Below are positions 10,450 to 20,990 of a stretch of 64,000 bases of DNA, in pieces. A program made the position numbers and the translations under genes. Origin of the DNA: Cyanophora paradoxa CCMP329 (Eukaryota; Plantae; Glaucophyta). The notes beneath the pieces are model-generated. The model was not told the origin of the DNA. It searched no databases and was given only the letters and a program-made list of their open reading frames with translations. Location of the stretch: assembly GCA_004431415.1 (NCBI GenBank), contig QPMI01000058.1, forward strand, positions 124,001-188,000. Reading direction: 5' to 3'. Within the stretch, counting starts at the first letter, position 1; the number at the start of each line of letters is the position of its first letter.

Positions 10450-13400
10450 ATGATCAAACAATTGCTGCTCGTTGTGATCGCTTTTGTGTGCACGTGCACG
10501 CTGCAATATGTGGCTGGACAGACTAGTACTCCGCTGGTTGTCAGCACCATGTCGAGCTTCAACTGCACGGCGGGCGCGAGATGCGGTGTCAAGTGGACGC
10601 CGAGCACGACCTACGCCGAAGTCGATATCTCCGTCTGCCCGGCGGGACAGACGACCTACAACGCTTCCTGCGTGCTGGTGCGCTTTGGCCCGGCCCGCGG
10701 TCGGCGAAGACCTATAGCTATATAGCTAGGCCTGGCCATATGCATGCATGGGCCCTTCTAGACCTGTTAGCAGTGACACCCGGGTGTGTGACCGGCCGCG
10801 GCCGGCCCGGTGCACATGTACTTGCATAAAGAGACGATCGCGATAGACGTGAGCGAGGCACACCCTAGAACGTTAACGCATTCGGAATCCAGCTGCATTC
10901 ATTGCAAATTGCACCGCAAAGGCTCTAAGAGCACGTGCAGCCAAGGGGTACCGGTGGCTTGAGTTGCAGTACGTCGACGTCCTAGTTGCATGGAAGCTTA
11001 AGCTTTCATTTGAAACATTTGGCCATAGTCCGCGATAGCTAATGCAAGTAATTTTATAAGGACCGGCCCGGCGGCACCAGGCGACCAATATGGTGTCGCG
11101 GGTTTCAAAAGCGCTCTTGATCTAGATCTAGATCTCTGATCGGGGTTGATTGCAGGTGCACAGCGTGACGAGCACGAGCAACAACGGTGAGGTCGTGGTT
11201 ACGCTGCCCACGGGGCTCTTCGACTCCATCTGCGGAATCGCTTTCACGTAAACATCTGGCGGGATCTCGTCCCATGCACGTGCACGCGGCTGATGTGCGT
11301 CGCGCGCAGCGGGAGCTCGTGCGGAGCGACATGGGTAGTCGCGTCGCGCCGTTCCCCACGATCAGCGGATCTCGGGTGCTCACGACGCTGGGAGGCCGAC
11401 CGGTGAGCGTAGCCATTTGACCGCAGAGCGATCGCGAGAGGAAGATCTAGATCTGGAGTGCCCAGCTATAGAGCTGGTTCTCGACCAATGTCAATTTGCA
11501 TCCCCGGCCCGCCCCGCGCCACGCCCCCCCCCTCTCCCCCCCCTCCCCCCCCCCCCCCCAACCCAGGCCCCCCTCCTTCCCCCCCCCTCCCCCCACCGGA
11601 ACCCTGGCCCGGCCTCCAGCTTCAGTGGGTCCCCACCCCGCAGTGGGCCGGGCCCCCCTCCGCCACCCTTCCTTGATCGATTTTAATTTAGCGTTCAATT
11701 CTTCAAGCCTGCAGCTGTCGACGTCTGATGATATAGATTTATATCCGGATCCTTAATTTAAATGAGATTGGTCGTTCCGGATCGAGTGTCTCATTTACAA
11801 TCCGCCGGTCTGCGGCAGTTCGCAAATTGCTCATGAATGCTCAAAAAAGCGCGCAGGCGACCAGAGGCTGTACGTGAACGTGCTGGCAACGTCAGCGGCA
11901 ACCTGCATCATTGGGGCCGACTGCATGGTCAAGTTCGACAATATTTTCTACACGTGGGTGTATGTCTGCCCTTCGTACCAGACGACATACTCTTCAACGC
12001 TATGCATTGTTGTGCGCTCTTAGATTCTATAATCCGTCGCAAAGCTTTTTCACATCCGCGCTGATGAAGGACGCCTAACGTTAACAGGGGAGCGCGAATT
12101 CGATGACGGCCGGGGTGACCATTCCCGCCTCCATTATGGCGGCGACGATGTTTACTTCAATCTGCGGAACATCGGGGTGCGCTAATATTTATTCTCAGCG
12201 CATGCGCGCGCGACCGCGAGCTCGCGCCGAGGCCAGCGCTAGCCGCCGGCGCCGCGCTTCACAACTCTGAAGCGCAGTATACCACGATGCTAGCGCTACC
12301 GAATTACCGTTTGACTGAACTGATCATGCGATCGCCGACGCAGCGTTGCATGCACGGCAAACTTTGTGATTGCGAACGGCTACCCGCCCACCGATCTGCT
12401 CATCGTCGGCTACCGCAGCTTCACACTCAACCCGCGTGAGTTCTTCCTGCCGTGTTTCAGTCAAGGGCCGGCCGCTCGCGGCTGGTACGGTGCATTAGCA
12501 GGGAGCTTGGCCTGACTGCGATTCTTTAAAGCGAGCACTCCGCTGGTTGTCAGCACCATGTCGAGCTTCAACTGCACGGCGGGCGCGAGATGCGGTGTCA
12601 AGTGGACGCCGAGCACGACCTACGCCGAAGTCGATATCTCCGTCTGCCCGGCGGGACAGACGACCTACAACGCTTCTTGCGTGCTGGTGCGCTTTGGCCC
12701 GGCCCGCGGTCGGCGAAGACCTATAGCTAGGCCTGGCCATATGCATGCATGGGCCCTTCTAGACCTGTTAACAGTGACACCGGCCGCGGCCGGCCCGGTG
12801 CACATGTACGTAATATTCTTGCATAAAGAGACGATCGCGATAGACGTGAGCGAGGCACACCCTAGAACGTTAACGCATTCGGAATCCAGCTGCGTTCATT
12901 GCAAATTGCACCGCAAAGGCTCTAAGAGCACGTGCAGCCAAGGGGTGGCTTGAGTTGCAGTACGTCGACGTCCTAGTTGCATGGAAGCTTTCATTTGAAA
13001 CATTTGGCCATAGTCCGCGATAGCTAATGCAAGTAATTTATAAGGACCGGCCCGGCGGCACCAGGCGACCAATATGGTGTCGCGGGTTTCAAAAGCGCTC
13101 TTGATCTAGATCTAGATCTCTGATCGGGGTTGATTGCAGGTGCACAGCGTGACGAGCACGAGCAACAACGGTGAGGTCGTGGTTACGCTGCCCACGGGGC
13201 TCTTCGACTCCATCTGCGGAATCGCTTTCACGTAAACATCTGGCGGGATCTCGTCCCATGCACGTGCACGCGGCTGATGTGCGTCGCGCGCAGCGGGAGC
13301 TCGTGCGGAGCGACATGGGTAGTCGCGTCGCGCCCGTTCCCCACGATCAGCGGATCTCGGGTGCTCACGACGCTGGGGAGGCCGACCGGTGAGCGTAGCC

Positions 13401-16400
13401 ATTTGACCCGCAGAGCGATCGCGAGAGGAAGATCTAGATCTGGAGTGCCCAGCTATAGAGCTGGTTCTCGACCAATGTCAATTTGCATCCCCGGCCCGCC
13501 CCGCGCCACGCCCCCCCCCCTCTCCCCCCCCCCTCCCCCCCCCCCCCCAACCCAGGCCCCCCTCCTTCCCCCCCCCCTCCCCCACTGGAACCCTGGCCCG
13601 GCCTCCAGCTTCAGTGGGTCCCCACCCCGCAGTGGGCCGGGCCCCCCTCCGCCACCCTTCCTTGATCGATTTAAATTTAGCGTTCAATTCTTCAAGCCTA
13701 GGCCTGCAGCTGTCGACGTCTGATGATATAGATTTATATCCGGATCCTTAATTTAAATGAGATTGGTCGTTCCGGATCGAGTGTCTCATTTACAATCCGC
13801 CGGTCTGCGGCAGTTCGCAAATTGAATGCTCAAAAAAGCGCGCAGGCGACCAGAGGCTGTACGTGAACGTGCTGGCAACGTCAGCGGCAACCTGCATCAT
13901 TGGGGCCGACTGCATGGTCAAGTTCGACAATATTTTCTACACGTGGGTGTATGTCTGCCCTTCGTACCAGACGACATACTCTTCAACGCTATGCATTGTT
14001 GTGCGCTCTTAGATTCTATAATCCGTCGCAAAGCTTTTTCACATCCGCGCTGATGAAGGACGCCTAACGTTAACAGGGGAGCGCGAATTCGATGACGGCC
14101 GGGGTGACCATTCCCGCCTCCATTATGGCGGCGACGATGTTTACTTCAATCTGCGGAACATCGGGGTGCGCTAATATTTATTCTCAGCGCATGCGCGCGC
14201 GACCGCGAGCTCGCGCCGAGGCCAGCGCTAGCCGCCGGCGCCGCGCTTCACAACTCTGAAGCGCAGTATACCACGATGCTAGCGCTACCGAATTACCGTT
14301 TGACTGAACTGATCATGCGATCGCCGACGCAGCGTTGCATGCACGGCAAACTTTGTGATTGCGAACGGCTACCCGCCCACCGATCTGCTCATCGTCGGCT
14401 ACCGCAGCTTCACACTCAACCCGCGTGAGTTCTTCCTGCCGTGTTTCAGTCAAGGGCCGGCCGCTCGCGGCTGGTACGGTGCATGCGCAGGGAGCTTGGC
14501 CTGACTGCGATTCTTTAAAGCGAGCACTCCGCTGGTTGTCAGCACCATGTCGAGCTTCAACTGCACGGCGGGCGCGAGATGCGGTGTCAAGTGGACGCCG
14601 AGCACGACCTACGCCGAAGTCGATATCTCCGTCTGCCCGGCGGGACAGACGACCTACAACGCTTCTTGCGTGCTGGTGCGCTTTGGCCCGGCCCGCGGTC
14701 GGCGAAGACCTATAGCTAGGCCTGGCCATATGCATGCATGGGCCCTTCTAGACCTGTTAGCAGTGACACCGGCCGCGGCCGGCCCGGTGCACATGTACGT
14801 AATATTCTTGCATAAAGAGACGATCGCGATAGACGTGAGCGAGGCACACCCTAGAACGTTAACGCATTCGGAATCCAGCTGCGTTCATTGCAAATTGCAC
14901 CGCAAAGGCTCTAAGAGCACGTGCAGCCAAGGGGTGGCTTGAGTTGCAGTACGTCGACGTCCTAGTTGCATGGAAGCTTAAGCTTTCATTTGAAACATTT
15001 GGCCATAGTCCGCGATAGCTAATGCAAGTAATTTATAAGGACCGGCCCGGCGGCACCAGGCGACCAATATGGTGTCGCGGGTTTCAAAAGCGCTCTTGAT
15101 CTAGATCTAGATCTCTGATCGGGGTTGATTGCAGGTGCACAGCGTGACGAGCACGAGCAACAACGGTGAGGTCGTGGTTACGCTGCCCACGGGGCTCTTC
15201 GACTCCATCTGCGGAATCGCTTTCACGTAAACATCTGGCGGGATCTCGTCCCATGCACGTGCACGCGGCTGATGTGCGTCGCGCGCAGCGGGAGCTCGTG
15301 CGGAGCGACATGGGTAGTCGCGTCGCGCCCGTTCCCCACGATCAGCGGATCTCGGGTGCTCACGACGCTGGGGAGGCCGACCGGTGAGCGCAGCCATTTG
15401 ACCCGCAGAGCGATCGCGAGAGGAAGATCTAGATCTGGAGTGCCCAGCTATAGAGCTGGTTCTCGACCAATGTCAATTTGCATCCCCGGCCCGCCCCGCG
15501 CTACGCCGCCCCCCCCCCCCCCCTCTCCCCCCCACTCCCCCCCCACCCAACCCCTTCCCATTTCCCCCCCCCCTCCCCCGCCCAACCCAGGCCCCCCTCC
15601 TTCCCCCCTCCCTCCCCCCCACCGGAACCCTGGCCCGGCCTCCAGCTTCAGTGGGTCCCCACCCCGCAGTGGGCCGGGCCCCCCTCCGCCACCCTTCCTT
15701 GATCGATTTAAATTTAGCGTTCAATTCTTCAAGCCTGTAGACGTCTGATGATATAGATTTATATCCGGATCCTTAATTTAAATGAGATTGGTCGTTCCGG
15801 ATCGAGTGTCTCATTTACAATCCGCCGGTCTGCGGCAGTTCGCAAATTGAATGCTCAAAAAAGCGCGCAGGCGACCAGAGGCTGTACGTGAACGTGCTGG
15901 CAACGTCAGCTGCAACCTGCATCATTGGGGCCAACTGCATGGTCAAGTTCGACAATATTTTCTACACGTGGGTGTATGTCTGCCCTTCGTACCAGACGAC
16001 ATACTCTTCAACGCTATGCATTGTTGTGCGCTCTTAGATTCTATAATCCGTCGCAAAGCTTTTTCACATCCGCGCTGATGAAGGACGCCTAACGTAACAG
16101 GGGAGCGCGAATTCGATGACGGCCGGGGTGACCATTCCCGCCACAATAACGTCAGCTGCGATGTTCAATTCCATCTGCGGACCATCGGGGTGCGCATACG
16201 TATACGCATGCGCTTGAGCTTGCGATGACGAGGTTGGACTGGATGTACTGATCATGAGACCGGTACCTCTGGCGCATGCATATGCAGAAATTCGTGCAAG
16301 GCGAATTACGTGATTGCGAACGGCTACCCGCCCACCGATCTGCTCATTGTCGGCTACCGTAGCTTCATTTTCGAGCTGTGTACGCAATACGAGTTCTTGC

Positions 16401-16660
16401 AGGTTCCTTGCCGCAGTGTCTTCAATTACTAATGGCGCCTCTCCGTGCTGGCATCGTGCAGTCGCAGGCGCTTCGCTTATCACACCGACGCCCCGTCCCA
16501 CGGCCCTGCCAACGGCCTTACCCACGCCTGCGCCGGCCGCTCCGCTGGCCGCCCCCGGTTCGCCATCACTTCAAGGGTGTGTGGCGGGTCAGTCGGAAGC
16601 GTGCATCGTGGTGGACGGCGCTTCCATTCAGATGAACGGCGGTAACATTGTCATCGGCTA
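10450..16660 (+). CDS. Secreted multi-module Cys-containing repeat protein: signal peptide, six ~113-aa modules (A-B-A-B-A-B'), Pro/Thr linker, short C-terminal domain
   Basis: GT-AG exons join in frame: 10450-10677, 11156-11247, 11310-11402, 11857-12011, 12088-12176, 12344-12435, 12532-12686 and onward. Hydrophobic leader MIKQLLLVVIAFV. Ends ...MNGGNIVIG*. Exon 3 of copy 1 has two 1-bp deletions relative to copies 2 and 3. The splice into the last exon is not fully resolved. Confidence 0.7.
10528..16370. repeat. Tandem array of about three ~1.99-kb units
   Basis: Near-identical units begin actccgctggttgtcagcaccatg at about 10528, 12537 and 14526. The third unit diverges after about 16140. 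Confidence 0.95.
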
Positions 16661-17101
16661 AGTCGGCACAGCCAGCCCATGTTTGAGTGTGTTTATATAT
16701 AGTCTTCGTTTCATGCATTCGTTCCATTTCGTAGTCACTCAATCAGCGGATCGTTTTAGGGTGTTATCTGATTATCACGCAGTCCCCCTTCTTGTGGAAA
16801 GCCCACTTGATTTCGGCAATCGCATTATCAGCGCTAGCCCATGTTTTAGTGTGGTTATATATAGCATATATATTCTTAGTTTCATGCAGTTGTTCCATTT
16901 TGCGGTCGTTTCACGATGTTTTCAATTTAGACAGTGGAATTGCGCAGTCGCCCAATTCCAGGGGTTCGGCTCCAGTCCGGCCTTTCATTTACACGATAGA
17001 TACGTATACGTCCCAAAACAATCGCAATCCCGCCCTGCACAAGTCGACGTCATGTATAATTGCCCAATCCCAAGTCCCAATCCCGCCCTGCCCAACTGAA
17101 T

Positions 17102-17109
17102 CCCCCCCC

Positions 17110-17140
<31 letters not shown>

Positions 17141-17150
17141 ACACACACAC
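17102..17150 (+). repeat. Poly(C) plus (AC)n microsatellite
   Basis: Directly visible C-run followed by (ac)n. Confidence 0.9.
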
Positions 17151-17152
17151 CT

Positions 17153-18460
17153 CGGGGCTATCCCGCGTGTTGTTGCGGGCGAATTCGAAATCTTAGGCGG
17201 CTGCAGCCTTAGAGAATTTACTGTTCGTAGAGACCCGGGTTCAATTCCGGCAGTTCGCTTCGGCGTGCTTAGAGACTCGGGTTCGAATCCAGCGGCTCGC
17301 TTTTCATAAGTGTCTGAGCCGTCTGATTGGATCATATGATCTGATCATGAGAGCTTCGGACGGACAGCGTGAGGGCTTTAAGAGCCCGGCGCGTGCGTGT
17401 TTAGAGGGATTTTGCCATTCCCGGAGACCGGCCTAGTAGAGAGACTAGAGTAGTGAAACTCTGTCGGATCAAATCTACGAGTACTGTCATACTGCTGAAC
17501 CTGCATCACTCTGGGGCCGGTCTTGCACTCACTGCAGGTCAGATTCACTCTATAACCTGTTGTCTAGAATCCCGTGCCACCCCTAGGGCACCGGAATGGG
17601 GATTCACAGCTGGGCATGCGCAGCCACAGCACAGCACAGCGGGGCGAACATGACTTCCAATTTTGCAAACCGCGAACGCATACGTGTATGTCTTAGACCT
17701 CGCAATCAAAGTGAACGACGATAGCTATAGCTATAGGCAACTCTGCTTTATGGCCGCGGGGCCCCCGCCCCCTCCGCTTCCGCCTCCGCCTCGGCAAGGA
17801 ACGGAAGGGCCCAGGGGACCGCCCCCTCGGGCACGGCCGCCGCGGCCGACGCCGCCGCCCCGCAGAGCTCCGCCGCCGCCGACGCCGCCGCGCGCTGCTG
17901 CGCGGCAACCGCCGCCTGCGGATGCGGGGCGGGTCACGATCGGGCCGGGGCGGGGCGGGCGGGGCGGGCGGGCGGGCGGGTCGGGCTTGGCGGGAGGGGC
18001 GGGCCTGGATCCCGGAGCCGGCGCGCCGCGGCGGCGTCCCCAAAGAAGAGAACTGCGTCCAGCGTGGCCCGCAGCGCCGCTAGCGCTGCGCCGCCCGGCG
18101 TCGGCCGCGGGCGCGAGCGGCGCTGGGGCGGGCGTGGGGGGTACCCGATGTCTCGGGCGGGGGCGAGGCGAGGGCGCGCAGCTCTTCCTGCAGGCGCTCC
18201 TCCTCCTGCGGGCGGGCGGGGGGTACGTCATCTCATCTCATCTCATTAGGCGCTCAGATAGGGGGGGGGGAGAAGGCCCCGGAGGGGAGGGGGGTACGCG
18301 CGCCTCGGAGACGACGCTGCGGGTCTCGAGGTCGTCGAGGGCGCCCCCCTCGCCGTCGGCCGCGGCGCCCGCCCCCGCGTTCGCCTCTGCGTGAACGAAG
18401 GGCGCGTCAGAGGGTGGCGGCGTAGGAGGCGATATCAGATTCTCTCTTTGTCTCTTTTCA
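17153..18460 (-). pseudogene. ELP1: Duplicated 3' end of ELP1 with 3' flank; carries a ~430-bp insertion and a ~520-bp internal deletion
   Basis: Matches 29130-29765 and 30285-30475. Encodes EEERLQEELRALA...WALPFLAEAEAEAEGAGAPRP*. Confidence 0.9.
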
Positions 18461-18642
18461 GTTTAATAAATATAAATATATTTCTATCGTTGCCAAAACC
18501 ATTTCGGAAAAGCTGCTGAGCTAAGGAAATATTTCCTAGCTACATAGGCTCATCCTAAGCTCACACTCGCCTCGACGAGTCCGCTAGTTCCGATTAGCCG
18601 CGCTAGCTGCTAGCACAGTGCTGCAGTGCTAGCGCAGCGTTT

Positions 18643-18868
18643 GTGGCATTAATATGACACCGGTACCACCTTGACATTACATGTGACACCACTCTGACAT
18701 TATAAATATAGTGTCAGGATAGTGTCTGGATGCGCCATTCAAGCAATGATTTTAGAGACTGTGGCCGGTAATTCACCAAAAAAAATGATTTTAGAGTCAG
18801 GATGGTGTCAGGGCTGACACTTCCCTGACAATATAAATAGTGTCAGGGTTGTGTCCGGATAGTGCCAC
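18643..18868. mobile_element. MITE-like insertion with a nested retroposed tail
   Basis: Ends gtggcatta and tagtgccac. Internal repeats of gtgtcagg/tgacac. Absent from the GLX1 parent intron. Confidence 0.5.
18758..18783 (+). mobile_element. 26-bp extremely 5'-truncated retroposed tail
   Basis: actgtggccggtaattcacc-A6 flanked by the 13-bp direct repeat aatgattttagag at 18745-18757 and 18784-18796. Confidence 0.8.
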
Positions 18869-19392
18869 TTCCTACCCCCGGGCCCATTCTACTAGTGCCG
18901 GCTGCTTCTTCTCCTGGACGGCGGAGGCGACGGCGTCGAAGCGCGGCGGCGCCTGGGCGACGGAGCGCGCCGGCCGCGCCGGCGCCGCGGCGAAGGCGGC
19001 GCGGCTCCCGAGGAAGGCCGACTCCGCGGCCGAGCGGCGGCAGCCGGTTCCGGCGCGGGTAGAGGCATGAACGAGGCCGCGACCCGCGGGGCGGACCGGG
19101 GCCTGAGCGCCGCTCGGGCCGTCATGATCAGCCGCTGCGGCACCGAGCGACGAGAATCGACGCACCCAAACATCGGCAGCCCATGCCACGGGGCACACTG
19201 CGAACGCGGTCGACATCCTCAGCAGCCCCAGCTATAGGTGGCCCTAGTGGTGGTAGACCCGGCGTACGGTGTACCCCGCAGGCCCAGCGGCGCCGCGCCG
19301 GCGGCGCCGCCGCGCCGGTCGACGTCCAGCTTAATCATACTACGTATACTACAATGATACTAGTCCCAGCCTGCGGAACTACAGCAGTAGTA

Positions 19393-19721
19393 ACGTATAA
19401 CACAATATTAATGCGCTCAATATTAATGCGTTTTTGGACCCAGACCCCTAGTACAGCTGTATACGCCCCCACAGTGCTGGAGTAGACTAGAGGCTGTGGC
19501 CGGTAATTCACCAAAAAAATAGTACAGCTAAGAATGCGCCCCCAAATTAATGCGTTTTTACGCTTCGTCGCCTGCATTAGGGGGGTACTGAGGTCTACTG
19601 ACACCAGTTTCTTAGCAATCTGTTAATAATGCGCCCCCAAATTAATGCGTTTTGACGGCAGAAAACGCATTAAATTGGGGGCGCATTAATATTATGCGCG
19701 CACTAATATTCTGTTATACGG
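19393..19721. mobile_element. MITE, Tc1/mariner-pogo type (TA TSD)
   Basis: TIRs acgtataacacaatattaatgcgc and gcgcactaatattctgttatacgg, each flanked by TA. Internal direct and inverted aatgcgcccccaaattaatgcgtttt repeats. Confidence 0.8.
19459..19519 (+). mobile_element. 61-bp retroposed tail nested in the MITE
   Basis: ...ctgtggccggtaattcacc-A7 with 10-bp TSD tagtacagct at 19449-19458 and 19520-19529. Confidence 0.85.
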
Positions 19722-19823
19722 TAGTTTTACTAAGTTAGACTTTGTAGTTAAAGCGCATCTTGGGTGGACCCATAATAGGTCCCATATGCATGATCACTGA
19801 GTCATGATCAGGAATTTGCGCTA

Positions 19824-20085
19824 CTGTGTGGCACTATAATACCGCGGCCACTTAATTACCGCGGTACCAAATTACCGCGCCGCGAATTTGTTAAAACGCG
19901 GTAATTTGGTGCCGCGGTAACAAGCTGCAGCCAAGTTGCTCTATACAGTACCCCCCACAATTACTGCCCAATACAAACCTCCAGTTTTTTAAAACGCGGT
20001 AATTTGGTACCGCGGTATTTTGGCCACCCTCGGGCCGGAGTTTTTAACGCGGTAATTTATGCCGCGGTAATTTAGTGCCACACGG
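19824..20085. mobile_element. MITE, Tc1/mariner-pogo type (TA TSD)
   Basis: TIRs ctgtgtggcactataataccgcggc and gccgcggtaatttagtgccacacgg, flanked by TA. Multiple internal cgcggtaattt motifs. Confidence 0.85.
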
Positions 20086-20990
20086 TAGCGCTAGCATTTG
20101 CAATTGATCATCGGATCATCATGCATATGGCATGAGCACAAGCAGCGTGTGCCACGGTGACAAGCTTCGCGGCCGGCTCGCGTCCGAGCTCAAGCTACCC
20201 GGTACAGCAATTGCATCATGGCATTGAATTCGAGCTTGTTGAATTATAATTCGCGAGCTGCACTCGATTCATTAAGCTCATGATCATGCAATTGCAAGCT
20301 AATCATCAATGCTCAAGCCAAAACGGCTACAGGCTACAGCTACCGGTATAGCTAGCGCCGAGTCGCCGTCGACTCGCCGACTCGCCGTCGACTCGGGCCG
20401 ATCATCGCCGACTCGACGCCGAGTCGGATCATCTCGGATGGCAGATCATGGCAGTGATGGCACGCGTACCGGTCCGTACCGTAGTACGTCACTGTACGTG
20501 CCGTGCTTCTTTGCGGCGAACCCTGGCTAGCGCTCGCCCTCCCGGAGCCCAGGCTAGCGCTCGAGCTCGTGCCGCCGCTGCGGCCGCATCACTGGCATGA
20601 TCATGATTCACTGCGCATGCGGCCGGGCTGCAGCCTGCAGTGCGGCATCAGGCTGCCATCAGCCACAGCTGTACTACGGTAATCGCCGAGTCGCACCAGC
20701 CATGGATATGGCCATCTGCTAGCTATAGCCGCTGAGCCGATTCCGCGGCGCGCGCGGCGGGCGGCGTAGTCAAGTCAGCCGCGCAGATCTCGAGCTCCCT
20801 GTAGCTAGTGTCATCTATAGACGCAAGTTGGCCATGGCTAGCCCTCCAGCTCCGGAGGTCGCGCATCTCGAGCTTGAGATCCCGGCGGTTGTTCTGCAGC
20901 TGGCCATGGATATCGATCATGATCACGATGGCACGTGCCGCCCTCGCCCTCGTGCCGCCGCTGCGGCCGCATCAGCGGGAGCACCATACG

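Larger units (their letters stand above)
18569..19216 (-). pseudogene. GLX1: Duplicated 5' end of glyoxalase I (exons 1-2 and the start of exon 3), interrupted by insertions
   Basis: 18897-19216 matches about 9738-10051 ([12 protein letters not shown] vs [12 protein letters not shown]). 18569-18592 matches about 9659-9683. The exon-2 donor is lost. Confidence 0.9.

Noticed and set aside
17225-17302. tRNA genes
   Set aside because: Only T-arm/B-box-like pieces are present, with no acceptor stem or D-arm.
19393-20085. CRISPR-like array of short repeats
   Set aside because: The repeats are irregularly spaced, occur in both orientations and lie within TIR-bounded MITEs in a eukaryotic context.
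20723-20926. 67-aa minus-strand ORF (LQNNRRDLKLEMRDLRSW)
   Set aside because: It is heavily scarred by palindromic insertions and has no recognisable family; at most a decayed fragment.
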